Positions 27,999 to 37,301 of a stretch of 64,000 nt of DNA are shown here, piece by piece; within the stretch, counting starts at the first letter, position 1; every line of letters begins with the position of its first letter. The stretch is from contig CAYLMM010000001.1 in the NCBI GenBank assembly GCA_964384825.1, positions 38,552 to 102,551 on the forward strand, read 5' to 3'. The stretch comes from an uncultured Fibrobacteraceae bacterium (GTDB lineage Bacteria; Krumholzibacteriota; Krumholzibacteriia; LZORAL124-64-63). The translations under genes were made by a program, and so were the position numbers. Below the pieces are notes generated by a model. The model saw nothing but the letters and a program-made list of their open reading frames with translations, did no database searches and had not been told where the DNA came from.

Positions 27999-29102
27999 AT
28001 GAATGGGAAGGCGGCACATCGCCGAAAAACGAAGCTGCTCTGCGGGGGGCATCTCGTTCTGGTCGCGATCCTCGCCCTCGCGACCGCCGGGCGCATCGGA
28101 TGGTGGGGCCTAGCACCGGCCCTGATCATCGCCGCGCTCTGTTGCATCGCCCAGTTGCAGACGATGGGCCGCCTCTCCCGCACCTGGAACCACGCCCGGC
28201 GCACCATCCCCGAAGCCGCCGCCGCCCTGGCGCGCGAAGCCGTCTCCCTGGCCGACGCCAACGAGCAGCTGCTGGCCGTCTTTTCGCCCAGCGACCGTCT
28301 GCTGGACATCACGGCCAACCGCCTGTCGATCATCCTCTCGTCCGGAGAGGCGATCGCCGCGGCGGCGGACAACTGCGACCGCACCGTCGTCAGCGCACGG
28401 AAATGCCGCGGGCTGGTCCAGAACCTCGAATCCGACCTCGCGACGGTGTCGGACACGATATCCTCGGCCGAGATGACGCTGCAGGCGGTCGACGAGATCG
28501 CCATCAAGACCAGGCTGCTGGCGGTCAACGCCGCCATCCAGGCGTCCCGCGCCGGCGAGGCCGGAAAGGGCTTCGCGGTGGTCGCCGAGGAGATCGGGCA
28601 ACTCTCCGAACTCAGCTCCCAGGCATCCCGGGATTCGGCCCATCAACTCGCGTCCGGACGTTGCCGCTGCGTCGAATGCCGCGACCGCTGCGCCGGGGCG
28701 GCCTCCGCCATGCGCCTGCTCTGCGGCAGCGCGGAATCGGCCCTTTCGGCGATCAGCGGCGCCGTCGCGGAACAGGTGGAACGGGACCGCGAACTGGACC
28801 GGATCCGGGACGATCTCGAACGGAGTTCCCGGCGGGTGCCCGAAGAAAGGGCCGCCCTCGGCGCGGCGGCCTCGTCCGGGCACGTGCTGGCGGAGAAGGC
28901 GCGAAACCTGGCGGAACGCTTCTCGGGCGCGGAAACCGCGATGAAATCCCCGACGACATCCGCGGCGGCCGCTCCGGCGCCCGTCCCCTCCTCGCGCATC
29001 GTCGAAACGGCGGCGGAGGTCGCGAGGAAGGCTTCCGAAATCTGCGGAAATCCTGACCTGGCCGAGGAAAAAGACTCAGTAGATGCCGTTCCCTGCCGAT
29101 GA
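27999..29102 (+). CDS. Atypical short methyl-accepting chemotaxis-like protein
   Basis: Two N-terminal TM helices. It has the MCP signalling hairpin-tip motif [27 protein letters not shown], but no HAMP domain and only half a signalling domain. A Cys-rich segment [11 protein letters not shown] is present. Confidence 0.6.
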   Translation: MNGKAAHRRKTKLLCGGHLVLVAILALATAGRIGWWGLAPALIIAALCCIAQLQTMGRLSRTWNHARRTIPEAAAALAREAVSLADANEQLLAVFSPSDRLLDITANRLSIILSSGEAIAAAADNCDRTVVSARKCRGLVQNLESDLATVSDTISSAEMTLQAVDEIAIKTRLLAVNAAIQASRAGEAGKGFAVVAEEIGQLSELSSQASRDSAHQLASGRCRCVECRDRCAGAASAMRLLCGSAESALSAISGAVAEQVERDRELDRIRDDLERSSRRVPEERAALGAAASSGHVLAEKARNLAERFSGAETAMKSPTTSAAAAPAPVPSSRIVETAAEVARKASEICGNPDLAEEKDSVDAVPCR

Positions 29103-29186
29103 CTCGGGGTGGACCGCCCACCGGGCCCCGGGTGCGGAGGTCACGAAATCGCGAACAGCCCAGGACCAGCACACGGAGTTCCCGGC

Positions 29187-29549
29187 ATGAAGATCCTGAT
29201 TGTCGATGATTCCCGAGCCATGCGGCGCATCGTGCAGCGCGCCATCCGGAAAGCCGGGTTCAAAGGCAACGAAATCATCGAGGCCGAAACCGGAGCCGAG
29301 GCCCTCGAAACCATACAGCGCGACAAGCCCGACCTGATCCTCTCTGACTGGCACATGCCCGAGATGTCGGGGCTGGCGCTCAAGGAAGCCCTCAACGCCC
29401 GGAACATCGACGTCCCCTTCGGCTTCATCACATCGGAAAATTCCGATCAGATGAGACGGACGGCGGCCGCCGCGGGAGCCAATTTCCTGCTGGCCAAGCC
29501 GTTCACGCCCGACGACATGGCCTCGGTCCTGGAGGCCATCGTCGCATGA
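29187..29549 (+). CDS. cheY: CheY-like response regulator receiver
   Basis: MKILIVDDSRAMRR...DLILSDWHMPEMSGL...FLLAKPF, with the conserved Asp and Lys positions. Confidence 0.85.
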   Translation: MKILIVDDSRAMRRIVQRAIRKAGFKGNEIIEAETGAEALETIQRDKPDLILSDWHMPEMSGLALKEALNARNIDVPFGFITSENSDQMRRTAAAAGANFLLAKPFTPDDMASVLEAIVA

Positions 29550-30058
29550 GCTGCACCTACCAGGAAACCGCTCCGGAGACCAGGCTGCGCGAAGGCATCG
29601 AATCCGCCGCCGGGGCCGTTCTGGAGTCCTGCACCACGCTGCTCGATCTGGACATCGAAATCCGCGGGAAGCCGGCGGGCGATCTGCGGTCGGGCCTGCG
29701 CGGCAGCGCCATCGAACTGCAGAACGAGACCGGCGGCTGGACCCTGGCCCTTCTCTGCAACGAACTGACGGCCATGGTCCTGACCCGCCTGCTGTTCGCG
29801 ATGGAGGTCGACGATCTGCCCGGAGACGAGGACATGGACGACGCCCTGGGCGAGCTGGTGAACGTCGCCGGCGGGCTGTTCAAGACATCGCTCGGGGAAA
29901 ACGGGGAATCGTACGATCTGGGCCTGCCCGCGCCCCTGCGCGGAGCGGATCTGCAGCGGGCGAACGGCGGCGGATCCTTCCTCGTCCAGACCCTGGCGAC
30001 CTCCGACGAATTGACCATGGAAGTCGTCCTCACCCATCGGGAAACACCGGTCCCGTAG
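29546..30058 (+). CDS. CheX/CheC-family chemotaxis phosphatase-like protein
   Basis: 170 aa with an ELVNVAGG (E-x2-N-x3-G) motif. It overlaps the cheY stop (ATGA). Confidence 0.55.
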   Translation: MSCTYQETAPETRLREGIESAAGAVLESCTTLLDLDIEIRGKPAGDLRSGLRGSAIELQNETGGWTLALLCNELTAMVLTRLLFAMEVDDLPGDEDMDDALGELVNVAGGLFKTSLGENGESYDLGLPAPLRGADLQRANGGGSFLVQTLATSDELTMEVVLTHRETPVP

Positions 30059-30169
30059 CGCGCCCCTGCGCGACACGCGCCGCGCCGCGCCTCACCCGCC
30101 CTGACGGATTATCGGCTCCCGGCCCGCGAACGATGATCGTTACAGGAGATTCCGGCGGAATCGTCGGGC

Positions 30170-31249
30170 TCAGTGCGCCATGGTCATGACCGCGTAGAGG
30201 ATCTTCTGGGGAATCCTGTCCAGGGGAACCACCTCGTCGGCGGCCTCGTTGAGGATGGCCGCGCGGGGCATGCCGAAGACGGCGCTCGAGGCTTCGTCCT
30301 GGACGATGGTGTGGGCGCCGGCCTCGCGCATTTCGCGCAGGCCGTCGGCGCCGTCGCGGCCCATTCCGGTGAGCAGAACGCCCAGGGCGTCGCAGCCCGC
30401 GGCCCGGGCCACCGAGCGGAACAGGACGTCGACCGAAGGCCGGTGGCGGTTGACGCGGGGGCCGTCGATCAGCAGGACCCTGAATCCCCCGCACGACCTC
30501 CGCAGATGCATGTGCGTATTTCCCGGACAGATCAGGGCGCGCCCTTCCTCGACACGGTCTCCGTCGCAGGCCACGCCGACCGACATTTCCGACACCTGGT
30601 CCAGGCGCCTGGCCAGGGCGCCGACGAAAGCCGGCGGTATGTGCTGAACGATGAGCATCGGCGGCGCGTTGCACGGCATCGCCGAAAGCATCGAAGCCAG
30701 GGCCTCGGTGCCGCCGGTCGAAGCGCCGACGGCGGTCACCGGCGACGATTCGTGCTTCAAAATCCGCAGGGAGCCTTTCCGGGATTCGCCGGCCCCGCGG
30801 ATGCGGATCCGGGCCCGGGACCGGTTCCTGCCGTCGGATTCCCCGTCCGGGCGCGGCTTCCGGATCCGGGTCGCGATTTTGACCAGGCGCTCCAACTCGT
30901 CGATTTCCGCCGCCGGAGGTTCGCCGCCTCCGATCCGGCACAGGACGGCCGACGCGCCGAGAACCCTGGCCTGCCGGGCGATCTCGCCGCCGGCCCGGGC
31001 CCGGGCCGAATATACCACCACCGGCATGGGACGGTGACGCATCAGGCGCTCGAGGAAGATCATCCCGTCGAAACGGGGCAGATCGACGTCCATGACCAGG
31101 ACGTCCGGCGCCCGGGACACGATCATGTCGCGGGCCTGGTAGGGATCGGCGGCGACGCCGACCACCAGCAGATCCGCACGCCCGCCCAGTTCGGCGGACA
31201 AGGTCTTGCCGACGAGGGGCGAGCCGTCGAGCAGCATCACCCGGATCAT
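30170..31249 (-). CDS. cheB: Protein-glutamate methylesterase CheB (REC + methylesterase)
   Basis: The N-terminal receiver starts MIRVMLLDGSPLV. The esterase domain carries the GASTGGTEAL nucleophile motif and LIVQHIP. Confidence 0.9.
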   Translation of the reverse strand: MIRVMLLDGSPLVGKTLSAELGGRADLLVVGVAADPYQARDMIVSRAPDVLVMDVDLPRFDGMIFLERLMRHRPMPVVVYSARARAGGEIARQARVLGASAVLCRIGGGEPPAAEIDELERLVKIATRIRKPRPDGESDGRNRSRARIRIRGAGESRKGSLRILKHESSPVTAVGASTGGTEALASMLSAMPCNAPPMLIVQHIPPAFVGALARRLDQVSEMSVGVACDGDRVEEGRALICPGNTHMHLRRSCGGFRVLLIDGPRVNRHRPSVDVLFRSVARAAGCDALGVLLTGMGRDGADGLREMREAGAHTIVQDEASSAVFGMPRAAILNEAADEVVPLDRIPQKILYAVMTMAH

Positions 31250-31716
31250 CAGACACCGCCCCGATTCAACTCCAGCCTCAGCAGCACCGGCATGTCGTCC
31301 AGAAGGAATCCGTAGCAACCGGGCTTCTCCAGCTGTGCCTTCACGTCCTCGGAGGACCAACGCTGCACCAGCGGGGGCTTCAGGATGTAATCGGCGCCTG
31401 GCACGATCTCGTGCAGGATCCTTCCGCAGACCACGTTCAGCAGTTCCTTCAGTGCGTCCGCGGCCTTCGCCGGGTCGTCGGCCTCGTCGGCCTCGAGCCC
31501 CAGGATGTTGGCCGCCACCGCCAGGCAGGTGTAGTGGGGCATGGCCAGGATCAGCCGCCCGCGCACGCCGCCGCGGAAAGACATCGCCGCCACGAAGCTC
31601 TCCTCGCCCATGTCCGGCAGGGCGTCGACCGGGATCGGGGCCCCGAACATGAAGCTCTGCCTCTCGACCACGTCCAGGAACGTCGCTTCGACGGTTCCGA
31701 GTTCGGCGCTCTTCAT
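31249..31716 (-). CDS. CheX/CheC-family chemotaxis phosphatase-like protein
   Basis: 155 aa with an ELLNVVCG motif. The stop overlaps the cheB ATG (ATGA). Confidence 0.55.
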   Translation of the reverse strand: MKSAELGTVEATFLDVVERQSFMFGAPIPVDALPDMGEESFVAAMSFRGGVRGRLILAMPHYTCLAVAANILGLEADEADDPAKAADALKELLNVVCGRILHEIVPGADYILKPPLVQRWSSEDVKAQLEKPGCYGFLLDDMPVLLRLELNRGGV

Positions 31717-32099
31717 GCCACCCCTCCCTTGGCGTACCGCGCCACCACGTCTCCGATCTCCTCGGGCGTGAAGGGTTTCGACAGGAAATCCTTGACCCCG
31801 AGCTGGCGCAGCCTTTCGACCCGGGGCTGGCTGCCGGCCGACGAGATCATGACCACGGGCACCTTCTGCATCAGGCCGCGGGTCTCCATCTCCTTGACCA
31901 GGGCCTCGCCGTCCATGAACGGCATGCTGACGTCGGAGAGGACGAGGTCCACTTCCTGGCGTTCGAGGACGCGCAGGGCCTCCTGCCCGTTCTCGGCCTC
32001 GATCAGTTCGCCGACGTCGACCCCGGCCATGTGCAGGGCCTTCGCGATCACCTTGCGAACGGTGATCGAATCGTCAACGATGAGCAGGTTCAGGGACAT
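31713..32099 (-). CDS. cheY: CheY-like response regulator receiver
   Basis: MSLNLLIVDDSITVRK...DLVLSDVSMPFMDG...SKPF. The start may be at 32108, 3 codons upstream. Confidence 0.85.
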   Translation of the reverse strand: MSLNLLIVDDSITVRKVIAKALHMAGVDVGELIEAENGQEALRVLERQEVDLVLSDVSMPFMDGEALVKEMETRGLMQKVPVVMISSAGSQPRVERLRQLGVKDFLSKPFTPEEIGDVVARYAKGGVA

Positions 32100-32940
32100 T
32101 TCCGGCACCTTCCTGTTTGACGTGGATCAGGGTCGTGAGTTCTTCCAGTTCTCCCTGCACGCGGCACATCACCTGATCCGCCATGTCGGCGTCCACGCCG
32201 AGCCGTTCGACCGCTTCGGAATCGAGTCGGTAATGGAGCCCGTCGGTTCCCAGGCCCCAGCCGATGGAAGTGCAGAGGATATCAGCGACGTGGATCAGAT
32301 CCACGAGCTTGCGATGTTCTTCGTCGGCGCCCGCGGGCTCGTGGTGCCACCGCGTCGCGGCGACCACGATGTCGGGCAGGCCCCAGCGCTCGAGCAGATG
32401 GCCGCCGACCTCGGCGTGGTCCAGCCCCAGCACCTGCTGCTCGGCCTCGTCGAACGACAGATCGTCGTGGACCAGGGACTTGATCGGGATGTCGTCGACC
32501 TCGATGAACGTCCCGAGGATGATCTTGCCGATGTCGTGCAGCATCCCGGCGGTGAAGGCGTCGTGCACGCCGCGCAGGCGCAGGCGGCGCTGCAGCAGAT
32601 CCGCGCAGAGCGCCGTCGCCAGCGAATGTTCCCAGAGCTCGTCCGGGCCCAGGGCGTAGCCCCGCACTGCGCGCCGGGTGAAGGGAGCGACGGTCATCGT
32701 CAGCACCAGGTCGAAGACCTTCTTGGTGCCGAGCCTCGTGATGGCCGACTGGACCGAGCTGATCTCGCCGTGCGCCCCGTAGAGAGCCGAATTCGCCATG
32801 CGCAGAATGTTCGCGGTCAGACCCGGCTCTATCTCGATCGATCGCGCCAATTCGCTGAAATCCACTTCCGGATCGGCGAGCAGCCTGCGCAGTTGGATGA
32901 CGACCGCGGGCAGCGCCGGGACGGTATCGACCTTCGCCAT
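32074..32940 (-). CDS. HDOD domain protein
   Basis: 288 aa from MAKVDTVPALP. It has the HD-related output domain pattern (LGLDHAEVGGHLLERWGLPD) and lies inside the che operon. Confidence 0.72.
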   Translation of the reverse strand: MAKVDTVPALPAVVIQLRRLLADPEVDFSELARSIEIEPGLTANILRMANSALYGAHGEISSVQSAITRLGTKKVFDLVLTMTVAPFTRRAVRGYALGPDELWEHSLATALCADLLQRRLRLRGVHDAFTAGMLHDIGKIILGTFIEVDDIPIKSLVHDDLSFDEAEQQVLGLDHAEVGGHLLERWGLPDIVVAATRWHHEPAGADEEHRKLVDLIHVADILCTSIGWGLGTDGLHYRLDSEAVERLGVDADMADQVMCRVQGELEELTTLIHVKQEGAGNVPEPAHR

Positions 32941-32957
32941 GATCTCGGCCCTGGTGC

Positions 32958-33479
32958 TCACAGCTCCACCTCCTTCCCCTGGACCCTGACGGTGACCCGT
33001 CCGTCCTTCATATCCATGCCGAGGGTGCGGGCGGCCGTTCCGCCGATGTCCGACCCGGCGATCAAGATGTTGTTCTTCCACAGGATCTTGCGGACCACCG
33101 TGTAGTTGCGCTTCCCGATGCGGAAGATCTCCTCGTTGCCGAGGGGCGATCCGGCGCCGGCCACCTTGGCGACCAGGTTCTTCTTCGTCGCCCCGCAATC
33201 GAACAACCCCTGCAGCAGGCCGGCGACGCCGCTGTCGACGAACATGCACGGCCGCTTGAGGGCCTTCTGCGGATCGATCTTGGCCAGCGGCAGCATGCAG
33301 TGGATCAGACCGCCCACCGCCGCCACCGGATCGTAGAGGGCGATCCCGACGCAGGAGCCGAGCGAGTACGTGACAAGCACGTCGCGCGGATCCCGCGAGA
33401 TCTTCATGTCCGATATCTCGACCACCTTGCGCCCGTCGACGGCCAGCGGACGCGTGGTGGTTTGAGTGGTCGCGGTCAT
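32958..33479 (-). CDS. cheD: Chemoreceptor glutamine deamidase CheD
   Basis: 173 aa with GSCVGIALYDP and a LIHCMLP catalytic Cys/His context. Confidence 0.85.
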   Translation of the reverse strand: MTATTQTTTRPLAVDGRKVVEISDMKISRDPRDVLVTYSLGSCVGIALYDPVAAVGGLIHCMLPLAKIDPQKALKRPCMFVDSGVAGLLQGLFDCGATKKNLVAKVAGAGSPLGNEEIFRIGKRNYTVVRKILWKNNILIAGSDIGGTAARTLGMDMKDGRVTVRVQGKEVEL

Positions 33480-33528
33480 CGGACGGCTCCCGTTCCGCCG
33501 GATCGGTCATCCGGCCCTGCAGATCCCG

Positions 33529-34416
33529 TCATGCGCGCCGGTAGACCGACGGTCGGACGAAAACGAATTCGTTGTCCATGCCGATCAGCGTCTCGGCGTG
33601 GCCGATGATGAGATAACCCCCGGGCCTGATGAACCGGCGCATCTCGGCCAGGATCATCTCCCTGAGATCCTGGTCGAAATAGATCATCGCGTTGCGCAGG
33701 AACACGATGTCGAACTCGCCGCGGATCGGATACGGGGCGCGCTTGAGGTTCAGCCGCCTGAACATCACCATGTCGCGGACCCGGTCCACGACCCGGCAGA
33801 ATTCCCGCTCCGGCCCGGTCGAGACTTCGAAGTTCCGCCCGCGCAGGTCCCGGGGCACGCTCTCGATCAGGCGCCGGGGATAGATCCCGCGCACCGCCCG
33901 GTCCAGGATCCTGGTCGAGATGTCGGTGGCCAGGATCCTCATGTCCACGCCCTGCGGCACCGCGTCGCACAGGGTCATCGCCATCGAATAGGGCTCCTCG
34001 CCCGAGGAGCAGGCGGCCGACCAGAACCGCATCCGCTTGCGGCCCTGCCGCGCCCAATCCCTGGTCAGGCGGGTCAGGAGCCGGAAATGCTCCTCCTCGC
34101 GGAAGAAGCGCGTGACGTTGGTCGAGATGACGTCGATCAGCTGGATCATCTCGTCCCCGGAATCCCGGCGGCGCAGGAACGAGGTGTACTCGCTGAAGGT
34201 GTCCATCCCGAGGGCCCGCAGACGCTTCTGGACGCGGGCCTCGACCAGGGCCTGCTTGTTGTCCTTCAGGACGATGCCGACCTGGTCGTGGATGATGTCG
34301 CGCAGGGCGTCGAAATCGGCGATCCCCAGTCCGCCCTTGCGCACCGCCGATCGATCGAATGTCCGCTCCAACGCCGTCGATCCCTGGCTCCCCATGCCCC
34401 CTCCAATCCCTTTCAT
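33529..34416 (-). CDS. cheR: Chemotaxis protein methyltransferase CheR
   Basis: IWSAACSSGEEPYSMAM and DIVFLRNAMIYFD motifs. The start is M at 34416, or at 34395. Confidence 0.85.
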   Translation of the reverse strand: MKGIGGGMGSQGSTALERTFDRSAVRKGGLGIADFDALRDIIHDQVGIVLKDNKQALVEARVQKRLRALGMDTFSEYTSFLRRRDSGDEMIQLIDVISTNVTRFFREEEHFRLLTRLTRDWARQGRKRMRFWSAACSSGEEPYSMAMTLCDAVPQGVDMRILATDISTRILDRAVRGIYPRRLIESVPRDLRGRNFEVSTGPEREFCRVVDRVRDMVMFRRLNLKRAPYPIRGEFDIVFLRNAMIYFDQDLREMILAEMRRFIRPGGYLIIGHAETLIGMDNEFVFVRPSVYRRA

Positions 34417-34424
34417 CGGTCCGG

Positions 34425-34922
34425 TCAGTCCGCGAGCCGCGAGACGGCTTCGATGTGCCCCTCCGGCAAAACCGCGTCGATGTCCAACAGGATGATGACC
34501 CGCTCGGACAGCTTGGCCAGGCCTGTTATGAAATCCGACTCGCAGGAGACGCCGACTTCCGGCGTGCCGGAGATCTGGTCGGCGGTCAGGTCCAGCACCT
34601 CGCAGACCTCGTCGACGATGATCCCCATCGGCATCCCGTGATCGCCGCGGCTGAGCTGGACGACCATGATGCACGTCTTGTCGGTGTCGGGAGATTCGTC
34701 GAGTCCGAACCGGCGGCGCAGGTCGACCACGGGGATCACCCGGCCGCGCAGGTTGACGACCCCGCGGACGAAATCCGGGGTCCGGGGAACGCGGGTCACG
34801 TCCATCATCCCGTCGATCTCCCGGATCTTCAGGATGTCCAGGCCGTATTCCTCGTTCCCGAGCTTGAAGGTCAGGTACATGCCCTCGCGGGCTGCGACCC
34901 GATCCGCGGTCATCACTGCCAT
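34425..34922 (-). CDS. cheW: Chemotaxis coupling protein CheW
   Basis: 165 aa starting MAVMTADR...YLTFKLGNEEYGLDILKIREI. Confidence 0.88.
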   Translation of the reverse strand: MAVMTADRVAAREGMYLTFKLGNEEYGLDILKIREIDGMMDVTRVPRTPDFVRGVVNLRGRVIPVVDLRRRFGLDESPDTDKTCIMVVQLSRGDHGMPMGIIVDEVCEVLDLTADQISGTPEVGVSCESDFITGLAKLSERVIILLDIDAVLPEGHIEAVSRLAD

Positions 34923-34951
34923 GTCTCGATCCTCCTGCGGTCGAGGAAACA

Positions 34952-37228
34952 TCAGGCGTCTGGCGCCGCTCCCTGCGGAGCGACGGCGGTTCTGATGAGC
35001 GACGCCACGTCGAGGATGGGCGCGACCCGCCCGTCCGACAGGATGGCGCCGCCGGCGAATCCGGGCGTGCCCTGGATCGAATCGCCGAGGCTCTTGATCA
35101 CGATCTGCTGCAGGCCGATGAGTTCGTCCGCCAGCAGCGCGACGCGGCGGCCTCCATCCTCGACGACGACGGCCACCTCGTCCCGCGCGGACGATCCGCC
35201 CGGCGCGTCGAAGATCTCGCCGAGACGCAGCAGGGGAATGAGTTCGCCGGCGAACGACAGCATCCGGTCTCGTTCCATCAACGTCGCGGTTTCGCCCTCT
35301 TCGGGGCGCACCAGCCGCACCATCGCCAGGGTGGGCACGATGTAGGTCTCGGTCCCGACGCGCACGACCATCCCGTCGATGATCCCGAGGGTCAGCGGCA
35401 GCATGATGCTGAAGACCGTGCCCCGGCCCGGCCGCGACGAGATGACGACCGAACCGCGCAGGTCCTCGATGTTGCGCCGCACGACATCCATGCCCACGCC
35501 CCGGCCGGAGACGTCGGTCACCTCGGCGGCGGTCGAGAAGCCCGGTTCGAAGATCAGGTTGTCGATCTCCCGGTCCGAAGGCCTTTCGCCCGCGGGGACC
35601 AGGCCCCGTTCGACGGCCTTGGCGAGGATGGCGTCGCGGTCCAGGCCGGCACCGTCGTCCTCGATCTCGATGCAGATGTTCCCGCCCTGGTGGCGGGCGC
35701 GCAGCTCGATGCGGCCCCGGTCCGGCTTGCCCGCCCGGCGGCGCTGCTCGACGTCGGCCTCGATTCCGTGATCGACGGCGTTGCGGATCATGTGCACCAG
35801 CGGATCGCCGATCTTGTCGACGACCGCCCTGTCCAGCTCCGTGTCCTCGCCGCTGGTGAAGAAATCGACCCGGCGGCCGGTCTTGCGGTCCAGATCGCGA
35901 ACCAGGCGGTGCATCTTCTGGAAGACCGACCGGACCGGCATCATGCGCAGCGACAGGCCGATCTCCTGCATCTCGCGCGAGATCTTGTCCAGCTTGTCCA
36001 GATGGCGCTGGAGATGGGCCGGAACGTGCCGGCGAAGCTCTTCGGACTGGCTGACCATCGCCTCGGCGATCACCAGCTCGCCGAGGGCTTCGACGAGGTT
36101 GTCGAGCCGCTCGGCATCGACCCGCACGGCCTTGCGGACCTGGACCGAGCCGCCCGCGCCGGGGGCCGCGGCCTTGGCGGCGGGCGCGTCGGAAACCAGG
36201 GGATTCAGCACGATCAGGCCGCCGCCGGTTTCCGGGTCCGGCACATCCCGCGGCGCGGGACCGTCCGCCGGAACGGCGTTCGCGGCCGAATCTCCGGCGG
36301 CGTCTCCGCGCGGGGACGAAGCGAAGTCGCCCAGGGCGGCCAGCAAAGCCGGCAGCTTCTCGAAACGTTCGAGCCGACCGTCGCCCTTCAGGGCCCGGCC
36401 GGCGTCGTCGACCAGCCGGTGCATCGCATCGACCGCGCCGAACACCTGATCCATCCGCTCGCCGACGAGTTCGAGACCGCCCTTGCGGGCCCGGTCCAGC
36501 AGACCTTCCGCCCGGTGGGCCAGTTCGGTCATGTGATCCATGCTGGTGAACCCGGCCACGCCCTTGATGGTGTGGAAGGCGCGAAAGACGCGGTTCAGCG
36601 GTTCGGCGGCCCGCGGATCGTGCTCCAGCTCGAGCAGGGCATCCTCGGCGGCGGCGAGATGGTCGGCCGATTCGTCGAGGAAATCTCTCAGCAGTTCGAT
36701 GTCGCCGGTCCGCACGTCGAGGCCGTAGCAGACGAAATCGCCGGACGGCTCCGCAGCGGGATCCCCGTCGGCGCCGGGCGCGGAATCCGACGGCCCGGCA
36801 TCCGGATCCGCCGTCCCGCCGCGCCCCGCCGCGTTTCCGTCGTCCTCCAGCGCCGCCAGGATCTCGTCGGCCGGCAGCGGGTTTCCCGTGGCCGCGATCC
36901 GGTCGAATGTCTGCCGCATCCAGTCGGTTGCGGCCAGCAACTTGTCGGTGCAACCCGGCCGGGCCTCCTGCAGCCGGCTCTCGACCGCATGGCAGACGCG
37001 GGCCACCGGGTCGAGGCCGAGCAGGCCCGCCTCGCCCTTCACGGTGTGGAAATAGCGCAGCAACTCGGCGGGAGCCCCGCCGGCCGCATCGCGCTCAATG
37101 TCCAGGGCCATGCCCTCCGCCTCGTCCAGCAGGTCCTTCTGCCGCGAGAGGAAGTCGCCGAGGATCTCGTCGTCCACCAGGGAAGCGATTCCTCCGGCCC
37201 GGATTTCATCGTTGCGTTCCATCGTCAT
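34952..37228 (-). CDS. cheA: Chemotaxis histidine kinase CheA with two tandem HPt (P1) domains
   Basis: Two HPt motifs, YFHTVKGEAG and AFHTIKGVAG. The dimerisation and HATPase regions carry DDGAGLD and GRGVGMDVV motifs, followed by a C-terminal CheW-like domain. Confidence 0.9.
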   Translation of the reverse strand: MTMERNDEIRAGGIASLVDDEILGDFLSRQKDLLDEAEGMALDIERDAAGGAPAELLRYFHTVKGEAGLLGLDPVARVCHAVESRLQEARPGCTDKLLAATDWMRQTFDRIAATGNPLPADEILAALEDDGNAAGRGGTADPDAGPSDSAPGADGDPAAEPSGDFVCYGLDVRTGDIELLRDFLDESADHLAAAEDALLELEHDPRAAEPLNRVFRAFHTIKGVAGFTSMDHMTELAHRAEGLLDRARKGGLELVGERMDQVFGAVDAMHRLVDDAGRALKGDGRLERFEKLPALLAALGDFASSPRGDAAGDSAANAVPADGPAPRDVPDPETGGGLIVLNPLVSDAPAAKAAAPGAGGSVQVRKAVRVDAERLDNLVEALGELVIAEAMVSQSEELRRHVPAHLQRHLDKLDKISREMQEIGLSLRMMPVRSVFQKMHRLVRDLDRKTGRRVDFFTSGEDTELDRAVVDKIGDPLVHMIRNAVDHGIEADVEQRRRAGKPDRGRIELRARHQGGNICIEIEDDGAGLDRDAILAKAVERGLVPAGERPSDREIDNLIFEPGFSTAAEVTDVSGRGVGMDVVRRNIEDLRGSVVISSRPGRGTVFSIMLPLTLGIIDGMVVRVGTETYIVPTLAMVRLVRPEEGETATLMERDRMLSFAGELIPLLRLGEIFDAPGGSSARDEVAVVVEDGGRRVALLADELIGLQQIVIKSLGDSIQGTPGFAGGAILSDGRVAPILDVASLIRTAVAPQGAAPDA

Positions 37229-37301
37229 CCTTCGACCTGGTCCGGATCGCGGGCATATCCGCCCGGAATCCAAAAGCAACCCGCATGCCACAGCGGCCGC
37301 G

